Notes: generated from the letters alone by a model not told the origin. Positions 10,130-20,560 are shown, numbered from the stretch's first letter. The stretch is DNA of 64,000 bases from Blastocatellia bacterium (GCA_025057015.1 JANWYG010000010.1:478506-542505), one strand, 5' to 3'. Program-made: numbers and translations.

Positions 10130-10675
10130 GTGTCCTTTAGCGTAGGAGAGAAAGTAGTGTATCCAAACCATGGCGTTGGCATAATCGTCGAAATTAGCAC
10201 GCAAGAGATAGATGGTTGTAGTAGCCGGTTCTACCACCTGAGGCTTTCTTCCACCAATTCGGTAGTGATGATTCCGATAAGTAATGCTTTGCAGGTTGGT
10301 CTTCGTCCGCCTATAGACAGAGAAGATTGTGAGAGGTTACTGCAACGTTTGTCGGAGAATTTTTCGAGCCCACCGTCCGACTGGAAGGATCGCTTCAAAG
10401 ATTTCTCGGACAAGATGAGGACAGGCGATGTCTTTTGTGTAGCCGACATATTAAAGACGCTGACTTACCTTAGCCAGCTTAAGCCGCTTTCTTTTCGAGA
10501 AAAACGCATGCTAGAGCGCGCTCGTTTTCTCGTCGTAAGTGAGCTTGTGACTTCGTCTTCTTACTCTGAAGAAGAAATAAACCAGCGGGTCGATCAAGCT
10601 CTTCAGGAAGCTTGTCATAAGCATCGCCAACAGTTGGCTGCTAAGAAGATAGCACGGGCAGCTTCTGCTAGCTGA
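10130..10675 (+). CDS. carD: CarD/CdnL-family RNA-polymerase-binding transcription regulator
   Basis: 181 aa. FSVGEKVVYPNHGVGIIVEI matches the CarD_CdnL_TRCF N-terminal domain. A GGGAGG RBS precedes GTG 10130. Confidence 0.85.
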   Translation: MSFSVGEKVVYPNHGVGIIVEISTQEIDGCSSRFYHLRLSSTNSVVMIPISNALQVGLRPPIDREDCERLLQRLSENFSSPPSDWKDRFKDFSDKMRTGDVFCVADILKTLTYLSQLKPLSFREKRMLERARFLVVSELVTSSSYSEEEINQRVDQALQEACHKHRQQLAAKKIARAASAS

Positions 10676-10946
10676 TTACGATGAGCACTTGCTCTGTTGT
10701 GAGAGATTACGGCTTATTTGGATGAAAGTTTTGTATACAGCATATGGCAGTGCCATATGGTAACTGCTGATACTGCTGCAGCGTTGGTCATACCTTCCAC
10801 AAGTAAGGAGTGTGTAGTAAGTAGGAGCATTTGCGGGCCTAGTTGAGCCAATCTCTTACGAAATCCTGCCAGGGAGCTTAATTTCTAGGCCTTTGCTGCT
10901 TGTAGCCTGAGCCAGTCGTAGAATCTAAACTGCCTTTTCAGAAGTT

Positions 10947-10999
10947 GCTCGAGTCAAATTTCGAGCTTTCTTTGCTTCGCGCAAGTGATCTTGCTTTTT
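10947..10999 (+). terminator. Two tandem terminator-like hairpins on the + strand
   Basis: The first is GCTCGA-gtcaaatt-TCGAGC followed by TTTCTTT (10947-10973). The second is GCAAG-tgat-CTTGC followed by TTTTT (10981-10999). Both stems are short, and they lie about 270 nt past the carD stop. Confidence 0.35.
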
Positions 11000-11133
11000 G
11001 CGGAACGATTACCGTTTTCACCTAAGACGGTCTCTTTATCAGCACGCAGTTGGCTTTGCCGCAAGCGTTGACCGAAGCTAGGCAAGGTGTATCCAAATCG
11101 CCACTTTGGAAGTTTTCCTGTGCTCAGTTGAAA

Positions 11134-11158
11134 GTGCTGGCGATGTAAACGCCAGCAC
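11134..11158 (-). terminator. Hairpin just downstream of malQ (minus strand)
   Basis: GTGCTGGCG / CGCCAGCAC form a 9-bp stem with a 7-nt loop, 20 nt after the malQ stop. The T-tract on the minus strand (TTTCAAC) is weak. Confidence 0.3.
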
Positions 11159-11177
11159 TCCTCTATTCGGCATGATT

Positions 11178-12773
11178 TCACGACTTAGTCGGTTCGGCTG
11201 AGTTTTCTTCATCCATGTCCAAAGGGTAGTTTGGTGGATACTGAGGCTTAGCAGGCGCTTCCTTGCGGGGAAGCCTGCCATAAATTGCTGTAAGTTGCCT
11301 CAGCTTAACTGCTAGTTCAGCGGTAAGTGCTCCATCTTGCATTCGCCAGTTCCAGTTGCCCTGATCGCTAGCCGGCAGGTTCATTCTCGCTTCTGAGCCG
11401 AGTCCAAGTAGGTCTTGTACGGGAACTATTGCGGTATCAGCTACTGAGGCGAACGCTGCTCGGATAAAATCCCAGTGTATATTGCTGCCGTCTGAGTTGA
11501 GATATCTCAAGCAGTAGTCGATCTCGGCAGTGGCAGCTTTAGTAGCCAGCCTGCTGCGATACCAGCCTACTATGGTGTCGTTGTCGTGAGTACCGGTATA
11601 GACGACACAATTTTTTATGTGGTTGTGTGGCAAATCGGCACAGTCTGGATCGCCTCCGAAGGCAAACTGCAATACGCGCATACCTGGGAAGCCAAACTCA
11701 TCACGTAGGGCTTCTACGTCGGGAGTGATAACTCCTAGATCTTCGGCTATTATCGGGACATCGCCGAGGGCTGTACGAATTGCTGAGAAAAGTTCCTTAC
11801 CGGGTACTTTGACCCAGCGACCACGCACGGCCGTTTGCTCACCTGCTGGGACTTCCCAACAGGCAGCAAAACCGCGAAAATGATCAAAACGTACTACATC
11901 AACTAGCTGCAGCATAAGTTTGACCCGAGCTATCCACCATCTGAACCCGTCTTGTTTCATCTTGTCCCAATCGTAGATGGGATTGCCCCATAGCTGACCA
12001 GTTTTGCTAAAGTAGTCTGGCGGCACTCCTGCTACTACTGTTGGCCGGCTTTGTTCATCTACCTTGAAATAGTCTAAGTTTTGCCAAACATCTGCTGAGT
12101 CATATGACACAAAAATAGGTATGTCACCTATGATCTTGATACCAAGTTTGTTGGCATATGTTTTCAGCTCTATCCATTGTCTAAAGAAGAGGAATTGGAA
12201 GAATTTGTGCATCGATATATCGTCTGACAGGTTTTCCTTTGCTTCGGCTAATGCTGCAGGGTCTCTTTTAGCAAGCGGTAGAGGCCAGTCGTACCAAGCC
12301 TTGCCTGCGTACCGATCTTTTATGCTGCGGTACAGCGCGTAGTCGTCTAGCCAAGAGGAAGCATTTGAGCAGAAGAATGAGAATTCATCTCTAAACGGCG
12401 AGCTGCTAGTAGCTTTATAGTTTGAATAGGCTCGCCTAAGGAGTGAGGTCTTAAGCTCTATTACTTTGCCGTAGTCTATACGTTCGAGTGGGAAGTCAGG
12501 TTTTTCAGGCAGGTCGGTTTTAGAGAGTAGGCCAGCTTGCACGAGTTTTTCAGGACTTATAAGCAGAGGGTTTCCGGCCATGGCAGAGAAGGATTGATAA
12601 GGAGAGTCTCCATAGCCAGTAGGGCCTAGGGGTAGGACTTGCCAATAGGTTTGGCCTGCTTCAGCCAGGAAACTTGCAAATTCGTACGCAGGCTTGCCCA
12701 GATCTCCTATGCCAAACTGAGAAGGTAGTGACACAGGATGTAGCAGTATTCCGCTAGCACGTGGAAATTTCAT
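11178..12773 (-). CDS. malQ: 4-alpha-glucanotransferase (amylomaltase, GH77)
   Basis: 531 aa. RASGILLHPVSLPS..GIGDLG, SPYQSFSA..GNPLLIS, DIPIFVSYDSADVW, RFDHFRGF, IIAEDLG and YTGTHDNDT are GH77 motifs. Confidence 0.95.
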   Translation of the reverse strand: MKFPRASGILLHPVSLPSQFGIGDLGKPAYEFASFLAEAGQTYWQVLPLGPTGYGDSPYQSFSAMAGNPLLISPEKLVQAGLLSKTDLPEKPDFPLERIDYGKVIELKTSLLRRAYSNYKATSSSPFRDEFSFFCSNASSWLDDYALYRSIKDRYAGKAWYDWPLPLAKRDPAALAEAKENLSDDISMHKFFQFLFFRQWIELKTYANKLGIKIIGDIPIFVSYDSADVWQNLDYFKVDEQSRPTVVAGVPPDYFSKTGQLWGNPIYDWDKMKQDGFRWWIARVKLMLQLVDVVRFDHFRGFAACWEVPAGEQTAVRGRWVKVPGKELFSAIRTALGDVPIIAEDLGVITPDVEALRDEFGFPGMRVLQFAFGGDPDCADLPHNHIKNCVVYTGTHDNDTIVGWYRSRLATKAATAEIDYCLRYLNSDGSNIHWDFIRAAFASVADTAIVPVQDLLGLGSEARMNLPASDQGNWNWRMQDGALTAELAVKLRQLTAIYGRLPRKEAPAKPQYPPNYPLDMDEENSAEPTKS

Positions 12774-12794
12774 CGTCCTCCTTAAAACATAAGA

Positions 12795-13988
12795 TCAGAT
12801 TTTTTCGAAGACTTCCTTAGCTTCTTTGACGGTTTTTCTAGTTTGTTCTAAGTTAGTTTGGGTGTTTTTTAGCCGTATAATTATTTCTGTAAGGCGTTTA
12901 TCTATGGCGCCGCCTTGTTGCAACCAGTTTGCAGCAAGTTTGAGTTCTCTTATCTGTGATTCGAGCAAAAGGGTGGCCTCGTCTAAGTGATAGCTTAGCT
13001 GTTCGAAGTCGGAGTGTAGTTGTTTGATTTGCTCATAATCGCTAAGCGTTCTGTTTGGATCAGCTAGTCCCACGGTGTTTGCAAAGATCAGGTTGGATTG
13101 TTGTGGGGCTGATACGAGTCGTTCTGTTTGCTTACGTTGTTTTGGCCTATCAGGGTCGAAGCTAGATAGTACCTTAAACGTCTTTGTGAGCCTTTCTTCA
13201 CCTTTTAGTCCTTCGCCAGTTAGGCGGGCAAGCAGTACGGTGATGTTGTCTTCGCCGCCTCGTTCGTTTGCTAGTTGTACCATTTTCTTGGCTGCATCTG
13301 TTAGGGAGTATTGAGTGGCGAGTCTAAGCATGTCTGCTTCGCTCAGCTTGTTTGAAAGACCGTCAGAGCAAAGAAGTAGACAATCGCCTGTCCGCAGTGC
13401 AAATGACGTCACGGCGACTTCTATCTCATCCTTAGTTCCTATTGCCTGTAGCAGCAGGCTACGATAGGAAGATTTGGCTGCTTCTTCTTCAGTGATTAGT
13501 CCTCGCGAAACGAATACTTGCAGCATAGACTGATCGGTTGTAAGGAGCTTTATTCTGTTTTGGCGCAGTAGGTAGGCGCGGCTATCGCCGACTTCGGCTA
13601 CGTAACATTTGTCGCCAGTCACGAAGGCTGCCGTAAGAGTAGCGCCCATGCCGGCATACTCGAGCGTGCCGTTACTTTGTGCAAACACCTTGTGATTTGT
13701 GTTTTCGACGGCTGTGACGAGTCGCTCATAGGCTGGCGTTTTGCTGCTGATTCTTAGCATTGTGTCTAAGAGGCATTGTAGGGTCATTTGACTTGCGATG
13801 TCGCCACGGCGTTGACCTCCCATACCATCGGACACAGCGAGCAGCAGCTCTTCAATTCTACCGTTATACCCATCGGCTAGGCTCTGGCCTGTTTTTAAGT
13901 CTGCGGCTAGGAAAGCATCCTCGTTGCTCTTTCTGAGAACACCTTTGTCAGTACAGGCTGCTATTGCTACTTCAAGCTTCTTGTACAT
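12795..13988 (-). CDS. PP2C/PPM-family Ser/Thr protein phosphatase with C-terminal coiled-coil extension
   Basis: TDKGVLRKSNEDAF, AVSDGMGG, LLLCSDGL and GGEDNITVLLARL are PPM motifs. The last roughly 130 aa are heptad-like. Confidence 0.85.
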   Translation of the reverse strand: MYKKLEVAIAACTDKGVLRKSNEDAFLAADLKTGQSLADGYNGRIEELLLAVSDGMGGQRRGDIASQMTLQCLLDTMLRISSKTPAYERLVTAVENTNHKVFAQSNGTLEYAGMGATLTAAFVTGDKCYVAEVGDSRAYLLRQNRIKLLTTDQSMLQVFVSRGLITEEEAAKSSYRSLLLQAIGTKDEIEVAVTSFALRTGDCLLLCSDGLSNKLSEADMLRLATQYSLTDAAKKMVQLANERGGEDNITVLLARLTGEGLKGEERLTKTFKVLSSFDPDRPKQRKQTERLVSAPQQSNLIFANTVGLADPNRTLSDYEQIKQLHSDFEQLSYHLDEATLLLESQIRELKLAANWLQQGGAIDKRLTEIIIRLKNTQTNLEQTRKTVKEAKEVFEKI

Positions 13989-14116
13989 AAACTGATTCTA
14001 CTAGTAAATTCGGTACTTAGGCAACGCTTGCTCGTGTTCTTTGGTCGATCTCTGCTCGTTGACTATGGGTAGTAATCTGCAATAAAATGGCGATATTTAT
14101 TCTCTGGGAGAGTATT

Positions 14117-15223
14117 ATGCGGTTTGCAGCTTTGCCTGAGGTGACGGAATATTTTGGCAGACGGCATAAAAAGACTGCCGAGGGTCACTTCCGCAAGGCC
14201 CAAGGGCTTACTTTCTCGTCTATTGGGCTGGGTAGTTATTTGGGTCGAGAGGATGCTGCGACCGACAAAGAGTATGAAGCGGCTGTTCTGCGTGCCCTGG
14301 AACTTGGCTGTAATCACTACGACACGGCTATCAATTACCGAGGGCAGCGTAGCGAGCGTGCGATAGGGGCAGCGCTGCATAAAGCATTTGCCGAGGGTAA
14401 GGCTAGCCGGCAAGAAGTAATAGTGGCCACTAAAGTTGGTTACCTTAGTGTTGACGCCGAATCTAAGCACTCACCGCGAGAGTATATTCGTAGGACATTT
14501 CTTGATACCGGAGTCTGTAAGCCGCAAGATATAGTAGCAGGCTGTCATTGTATGACGCCTAATTATATTCGCCATCAGCTTGACCGAAGCTTGAAGAATC
14601 TAGGTCTATATACTATAGATATCTACTATTTGCATAATCCTGAGACTCAGCTCAGTGAGGTATCGCGTAAAGAGTTTCTTGAGAGGATTCGTCGTGCTTT
14701 TGAAACGCTTGAGGAAGCTGTTGTAGCCGAAAAGATTTGCTATTACGGTACAGCTACGTGGAATGGTTATCGTGTGAGTCCTAAAGACATGGATTACCTG
14801 AGCTTACAAGAGCTGGTCGATATAGCTAGAGAGGTTGCTGGTGATGAACATCACTTTAGGTTCATACAGTTACCTTATAACTTGTTGATGTCAGAAGCCT
14901 TTGTGTTTGAGAATCAAACTACAGGAGGCGGCACGTTTTCGATTCTGGCAGCTGCACAACAGCTAGGTATTTCGGTGATAGCCTCAGCATCGATTATGCA
15001 GGCGAGACTTGCTAGGTCATTCCCTGCAGGAATGAGAAGTCAGATACAGGGGCTTAAGACGGATGCTCAGCGGGCAATACAATTTGTCCGTTCGACTCCT
15101 GGCATAACTGCAGCGCTTGTCGGTATGAGTAAGGTAGCGCATGTAGAGGAAAACCTACAGACAGCTACCGTACCGCCTATGTCAGCTGAGCAGGTAATTA
15201 ATCTATTACAGAAACAGCGGTAA
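14117..15223 (+). CDS. Aldo/keto reductase family oxidoreductase
   Basis: IGLGSYLG, NHYDTAINYRG..SERAIG, IDIYYLHNP and the C-terminal GMSKVAHVEENL are AKR hallmarks. A GGGAGAG RBS supports ATG 14117. ATG 14087 is an alternative. Confidence 0.85.
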   Translation: MRFAALPEVTEYFGRRHKKTAEGHFRKAQGLTFSSIGLGSYLGREDAATDKEYEAAVLRALELGCNHYDTAINYRGQRSERAIGAALHKAFAEGKASRQEVIVATKVGYLSVDAESKHSPREYIRRTFLDTGVCKPQDIVAGCHCMTPNYIRHQLDRSLKNLGLYTIDIYYLHNPETQLSEVSRKEFLERIRRAFETLEEAVVAEKICYYGTATWNGYRVSPKDMDYLSLQELVDIAREVAGDEHHFRFIQLPYNLLMSEAFVFENQTTGGGTFSILAAAQQLGISVIASASIMQARLARSFPAGMRSQIQGLKTDAQRAIQFVRSTPGITAALVGMSKVAHVEENLQTATVPPMSAEQVINLLQKQR

Positions 15224-15233
15224 GAGAGGAGCT

Positions 15234-16391
15234 ATGCTTAACAAGAAAATATTGATAGTTACATCTGACACTGGCGGTGGGCATACTTCTGCAGCGAAAG
15301 CTATAGAGGCAGGACTTGCTGCCTTTGCTGGCAAGCTTCAATACTTAGTGCATATCACGAGGATAATAGAAGAGGCACATTTTCTCGGTCGGCAAGCGGT
15401 GCACCTTTACAATTTTCTGCTACGACATTATCAGTCATATGTCAAATATTATCATTGGGCGATTAATAAACTGGGACCAGATCGATCGCTTTATCGTTTC
15501 TACCGCAAGTCAGTCGAGCAGCTAATCAGTCGCTTCTGTCCGAACATGATAGTCTCCGTACATCCGATGGTGCAGTATGGTTTAGCTTGTATTCTGCAGG
15601 AGCTTAAACTGCTCGACCGGGTTCCTCTAGTGACTGTAGTAACTGATCCTTGTGGTAACTCTTGGCGGGGTTGGGCTAGCGAGAAAGTTAAACTCTACAT
15701 AGTGGCTCATGAGGAGGCTAAGGCTGAGCTAGTAAGCTTTGGCATAAGTGAGGATCGTATACGTGTTTGTGGTATGCCAGTGCATCCTAAGTTCGAGGAA
15801 GCCGTTGAGAAGCTAGATAAAGCTGAACTTAGACGTGAGCTTGGTCTGGATGAGAAGAAGTTTACTGTTTTCATAAATGCCGGTTGGGTAGGTGGAGGCA
15901 ATATCCCTAAGGTGTTCGAAGCGATAGCTGATGCTAACCTCGATATACAGGCCATATTCTTAGCAGGACGTAATCTTAATCTCCTCAAGCGTGCTCAGCG
16001 AGTAGCTCGGCGTGCTAAGTTTCCGGTTCGTGTGCTAGGCTACAGTGAGAACATGGAGCGGTTGATGTGTTCCTCAGACGTGATGGTATCAAAACTTGGA
16101 GGATTGACTACGTTTGAGGCGCTTACTTGTCGATTACCTATTATAATTGACCATATCACACCTCCTATGCCGCAAGAGGCTGGTACTAGTGCATTGTTAG
16201 AGCGTCACTGTGCAGGCGTGAGGCTAGAGCGTGCTGCTGATATCGTTCCGATAGTCAGACGTTTGCTACATGAGCCAGCTGAATACTTGAAGATGCGTGC
16301 TGGTACAAGCAGAATAGTATCTCCTGGTGCTACCCGTAAAGTTATAGCCACGCTGTCAGATATGATAGCTCCAGAGGGTAGACTTGCTTAA
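15234..16391 (+). CDS. GT28-type glycosyltransferase (MGDG synthase / diacylglycerol glycosyltransferase-like)
   Basis: 385 aa. The N-terminus ILIVTSDTGGGHTSAAKAI and the overall layout resemble MGDG-synthase/UgtP-type lipid glycosyltransferases. Confidence 0.75.
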   Translation: MLNKKILIVTSDTGGGHTSAAKAIEAGLAAFAGKLQYLVHITRIIEEAHFLGRQAVHLYNFLLRHYQSYVKYYHWAINKLGPDRSLYRFYRKSVEQLISRFCPNMIVSVHPMVQYGLACILQELKLLDRVPLVTVVTDPCGNSWRGWASEKVKLYIVAHEEAKAELVSFGISEDRIRVCGMPVHPKFEEAVEKLDKAELRRELGLDEKKFTVFINAGWVGGGNIPKVFEAIADANLDIQAIFLAGRNLNLLKRAQRVARRAKFPVRVLGYSENMERLMCSSDVMVSKLGGLTTFEALTCRLPIIIDHITPPMPQEAGTSALLERHCAGVRLERAADIVPIVRRLLHEPAEYLKMRAGTSRIVSPGATRKVIATLSDMIAPEGRLA

Positions 16392-16468
16392 CTTGTTTCT
16401 AAGCTATATGAAACTGAATTGGAGAAGTTAGGGACTGCTTGTTAAATCTCACCTTGTAACCAGCTCTT

Positions 16469-19400
16469 ATGAAAACTCACAAAGTGACATCTTTTGCTAG
16501 GCTCTTGCAGGAACGGATTTTAGTATTGGACGGTGCTATGGGCACGACTCTTCAGGCCATGGGGCTTACTGCTGCTGATTATGGTGGTTCAGCTACTGAA
16601 GGGTGTCCTGAAATTTTGGTGCTGACGCGCCCTGATGTTATCGAGCGCGTACATAGAGGTTATCTTGAAGTTGGGGCAGATATCATCGAGACTAACACTT
16701 TTGGAGCGACTTCTGTTGTGCTTGCCGAGTATGGCTTGCAGCGTCAGGTTGTTGAGATCAACAAACGCGCTGTGGAGCTAGCGAAACGTCTCTGTGAAGA
16801 GTATTCGACGCCGGAGAAGCCTCGCTTTGTAGCTGGTTCTATGGGACCTACTACTAAGTCGCTGTCGCTTACCGGGGGGATTACGTTTGATGAGCTATGC
16901 AAAAGTTACTATCAGCAAGCAAAGGCACTTGTAGAAGCTGGCGTAGATATCTTACTACTTGAGACGGCGCTTGACACTCTCAATCTCAAAGCTGGAGCTA
17001 TAGCTATCAAGAGACTCTTTGAGGAACGTGGTGAGGAGTTACCGCTACACATCTCTGCCACTATAGAGCGTACGGGAAGGGCAATGCTGGCTGGCCAGGG
17101 TGTCGAAGCGCTTTACACTTCGATCAGGCACTTTCGGCCTGTTTGTGTAGGCCTCAACTGTGCAACAGGGCCACGTGATATGACGGATCACATCAGGTCG
17201 CTGGCTGTTCTTGCTGACACGGCGGTAAGTTGTGTTCCCAATGCTGGTGTGCCACAAGAGGGGATCTTTCCAGAAACTCCGCAGATGATGGCTGAAGTGC
17301 TTGCCGAGTTCATAGACAACGGCTGGATCAACATGATAGGTGGCTGTTGTGGAACGACTGTAGCACATATTGAGCTGATGAGCCAGCTAGCAAAAGAACG
17401 TCGACCTCGTCGCATACCAAGGTGGGAAGGTACGCACGTAAGTGGTATAGAGCACTTGAAGATAGAAGAAGACGCCAGACCCTATCAAGTAGGTGAGCGC
17501 ATGAACGTGCTCGGTAGTCGTGAGTTTAAGCGGCTGATAGCGGAGGGTAAGTACGAGGAGGCAGCCGAAATAGGACGTGCGCAGGTGCGTGCCGGGGCGG
17601 CGATACTGGATGTCTGCTTGCAAGATCCCGACAGAGACGAGCTTGCTGATGCCCTGGCTACGTTGCAGCACTTGGTAAGAAAGGTCAAAGTGCCGATTAT
17701 GATCGATTCAACAGATCATAGAGTCTTCGAGCAGGCGCTTAAGCTTATTCAGGGTAAGGCGATACTGAATTCTATTAACCTCGAAAATGGTGAGGAGCGT
17801 TTTCAAAGTGTTTGTCCTTTGGCGCGCCGCTACGGTGCAGCTCTCGTCGTAGGTACTATAGATGAAGATCCTGAGCAAGGGATGGGAGTTACTGTTGAGC
17901 GTAAGCTGGAAATAGCCGAGCGTTCCTATGCCTTGCTCACTGGTAAATATGGTATCGAGCCGGAAGACATTATCTTCGATCCTTTGGTCTTTCCTGTAGG
18001 TACGGGCGATGCTAAGTATATAGGTTCTGCAGAGCAGACACTCAAAGCAATTACTGCTATCAAGCAGCGTTTTCCAAAAACGAAGACTATACTTGGTATA
18101 AGTAATATCTCGTTTGGCTTACCTACGGCTGGACGAGAGGTTCTCAATTCGGTGTTTCTCTATCATGCTGTTAAGGCTGGTCTTGATCTGGCCATAGTCA
18201 ACACGCAGAGACTGGAGCGTTACCCATCGATACCGGCTGAGCAGAGGAAGTTGTGTGAGGATCTGATCTTTTGGCGAGGTTCAGATCCAGTAGCTGCTTT
18301 CAGCGCTTATTTTAAGGAACGACACAAAACGGTCGTCAAGAAAGAGCATAAGACCTGCGAGCAACGCCTAGTAGATAACATCGTTCAGGGCAGCAAGGAG
18401 GGGCTATTTGATAATCTCAAGGAAGCGCTTGGGAGATACTCTCCGCTAGAGATAATCAACGGTCCACTGATGGATGGGATGAATGAGGTTGGTAGGCTGT
18501 TTAACAACAACGAGCTGATAGTAGCTGAGGTTCTGCAGAGTGCTGAGGTGATGAAGGCTGCTGTTGCGTTTCTCGAACCTTTAATGCCCAAAGGTGGAGC
18601 TACGGGTAAGGGGCGTGTCATACTTGCTACCGTCAAAGGTGACGTGCATGACATAGGTAAGAATCTGGTTGAGATAATTCTTGCTAACAATGGGTACGAG
18701 GTAATCAACCTGGGTATAAAGGTGACGTCTGATAGGATCATAGAAGCCGTTCGTGAGTACAACCCTCAGATAATAGGTCTTTCAGGTCTGTTGGTTAAAT
18801 CCACGCATGAGATGGTAAACACTGCTCGCGACCTCAAGGCCGTAGGAATAAGCGTGCCTATAATGGTGGGTGGGGCGGCTTTGACTAAGAAGTTTACTTT
18901 GACGCGCATAATGCCTGAGTACGATGGACTGGTTGTCTATGCCAAAGACGCTATGCAGGGGCTAGAGCTAGCAAACCGCATCGTTGCTGAGCCTGAGCAG
19001 CTTATCAGAGAGTGGAAGCAGCAACAGGTCGTGTCGGTCACTCCTCGAAGGGAAATTCCTAAGGAGAAGCAAGTAATAGACTGGAATGTGAATATAAATC
19101 CGGCACCTGATTATCTAGAACATATAGAGGCTGGGGCGTCTTTACAGGAGATATGGGAGCTCATAAATCCCAAGATGCTGTATAACAAGCACTTAGGATA
19201 TAGGGGAAATTTCGAGGAACATCTTAAAGCTGGTGTAGAACGCGCCGTCAAACTCTACGAGCAAGTAGAAGCAGTGAAAGAAGAGGTAGTAAGGAGTGGG
19301 TTGTTTCGTCCTCAAGCGATATACCGTTTCTTCAAAGCGTTGTCTAAAGGGGATTCGATAGTAGTTATCGATGGACTGACAGGGGTGCCGTTAGAGGAAT

Positions 19401-19927
19401 TTCACTTTCCGCGACAATCTTCTGGAGCACGACTTTGCTTAAGCGATTTTGTACGAGGTGGGGATGTACCGAAGGACGATGTGGCATTTTTTGTCACGAC
19501 TTGTGGTGCAGGAATAAGAGAACAGGCCGAGGAGTTAAAGACTGCTGGTGAGTATCTAAAGTCTCATATACTTCAGGCGCTGGCAATAGAGAGTGCCGAA
19601 GCTTATGCTGAGCTGTTGCATAAAAAGCTTCGGCGTTTGTGGGGAATACCAGACGATCCAGCAATGACGAGAGAAGAGCTTTTTGCAGCTGAATATCAAG
19701 GTATACGAGTTAGCTTTGGCTATCCGGCCTGTCCTAGGTTAGAAGATCAAGCCATACTTTGGCGATTGTTGCGACCTGAGCGCATAGGAGTAGAGCTAAC
19801 CGATGGTTATATGATGGATCCAGAAGCCAGTGTTTCGGCTATGGTGTTTCAACATCCGCAAGCCAGATACTTTGCCATCAGTGCGGAAGATCTGGCTGCA
19901 TTTGAAAAGAAACTGAGTGGAAGCTAG
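16469..19927 (+). CDS. metH: Cobalamin-dependent methionine synthase
   Basis: 1152 aa. It has the Hcy-binding domain (LDGAMGT, GLNCA, GGCCGT) and a pterin-binding domain. It also has the B12 domain with GDVHDIGKN (DxHxxG) and a C-terminal AdoMet activation domain. Confidence 0.95.
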   Translation: MKTHKVTSFARLLQERILVLDGAMGTTLQAMGLTAADYGGSATEGCPEILVLTRPDVIERVHRGYLEVGADIIETNTFGATSVVLAEYGLQRQVVEINKRAVELAKRLCEEYSTPEKPRFVAGSMGPTTKSLSLTGGITFDELCKSYYQQAKALVEAGVDILLLETALDTLNLKAGAIAIKRLFEERGEELPLHISATIERTGRAMLAGQGVEALYTSIRHFRPVCVGLNCATGPRDMTDHIRSLAVLADTAVSCVPNAGVPQEGIFPETPQMMAEVLAEFIDNGWINMIGGCCGTTVAHIELMSQLAKERRPRRIPRWEGTHVSGIEHLKIEEDARPYQVGERMNVLGSREFKRLIAEGKYEEAAEIGRAQVRAGAAILDVCLQDPDRDELADALATLQHLVRKVKVPIMIDSTDHRVFEQALKLIQGKAILNSINLENGEERFQSVCPLARRYGAALVVGTIDEDPEQGMGVTVERKLEIAERSYALLTGKYGIEPEDIIFDPLVFPVGTGDAKYIGSAEQTLKAITAIKQRFPKTKTILGISNISFGLPTAGREVLNSVFLYHAVKAGLDLAIVNTQRLERYPSIPAEQRKLCEDLIFWRGSDPVAAFSAYFKERHKTVVKKEHKTCEQRLVDNIVQGSKEGLFDNLKEALGRYSPLEIINGPLMDGMNEVGRLFNNNELIVAEVLQSAEVMKAAVAFLEPLMPKGGATGKGRVILATVKGDVHDIGKNLVEIILANNGYEVINLGIKVTSDRIIEAVREYNPQIIGLSGLLVKSTHEMVNTARDLKAVGISVPIMVGGAALTKKFTLTRIMPEYDGLVVYAKDAMQGLELANRIVAEPEQLIREWKQQQVVSVTPRREIPKEKQVIDWNVNINPAPDYLEHIEAGASLQEIWELINPKMLYNKHLGYRGNFEEHLKAGVERAVKLYEQVEAVKEEVVRSGLFRPQAIYRFFKALSKGDSIVVIDGLTGVPLEEFHFPRQSSGARLCLSDFVRGGDVPKDDVAFFVTTCGAGIREQAEELKTAGEYLKSHILQALAIESAEAYAELLHKKLRRLWGIPDDPAMTREELFAAEYQGIRVSFGYPACPRLEDQAILWRLLRPERIGVELTDGYMMDPEASVSAMVFQHPQARYFAISAEDLAAFEKKLSGS

Positions 19928-19951
19928 GTTGTTTCAGGGGGAGGTAAGAGT

Positions 19952-20560
19952 ATGAGTGGAGAAGAGAAGAGGAAAAATGTAGAGAAAGTTGAGGAAATAG
20001 CTTCACAGGCTGCGGTAGCCGATCTTGTGGGCAGCGCAAGCCTCGACAAGATAAGGGACATACTGTTTGGTAATCAGGCACGTGAGTATGAAAAGCGTTT
20101 TGCCCGGCTTGAGGAGCGGTTGATTAAAGAGTCTTCTGAACTCAAAAGTGAAGTAAAGAAGCGTCTCGATATGCTAGAGAGTTATGTAAAGAGGGAAATA
20201 GAGGCTCTGAACGAGCGCTTGAATGCTGAGCATCGCGAACGCGATGAGTCTGTTAAAGCAATAGCCCAGGAACTCAAAGATTCATCTAAATCGCTTGACA
20301 AGCGGGTTGGACAGCTGGACGAGCAGCTTAATAAGTCTCAAAGAGAACTTCGCCAACAGATACTCGATCAGTCGAAAGAACTGACCGATGAGATTATTAA
20401 GAAGCATGAGCAACTTTCTGAGATGATAGAGCGACTTGTTAGGGAGCTTCGTAACGACAAGGCAGATCGGTTTGCTCTGGCAAATCTTTTTACAGAAGTG
20501 GCTATGAAACTGAACAATCAGTTGAAGATGCCGGGAAGCGACCAGTTTCGCAATGGATGA
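19952..20560 (+). CDS. Coiled-coil protein of unknown function (first gene of the GTPase module)
   Basis: 202 aa with a strong RBS (GGGGGAGG). The sequence is E/K/R/L-rich and heptad-like throughout. Its stop overlaps the next gene's start (ATGGATGA). Confidence 0.6.
   Translation: MSGEEKRKNVEKVEEIASQAAVADLVGSASLDKIRDILFGNQAREYEKRFARLEERLIKESSELKSEVKKRLDMLESYVKREIEALNERLNAEHRERDESVKAIAQELKDSSKSLDKRVGQLDEQLNKSQRELRQQILDQSKELTDEIIKKHEQLSEMIERLVRELRNDKADRFALANLFTEVAMKLNNQLKMPGSDQFRNG

Noticed and set aside
10954-11281. Minus-strand ORFs of 75 aa and 67 aa at the malQ 3' end and spacer.
   Set aside because: They overlap the malQ coding end or its terminator hairpin. They have no RBS and basic, low-complexity sequences, so they are probably spurious.
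14063-14470. A 135-aa minus-strand ORF overlapping the start of the aldo/keto reductase gene.
   Set aside because: It is antisense to a well-supported AKR gene, with no RBS or recognisable domain. It would also run into the divergent promoter region.
17045-18762. Several 67-125-aa minus-strand ORFs within metH.
   Set aside because: All are antisense to a continuous 1152-aa MetH with every domain intact. Their compositions are atypical (S/P/R-rich).
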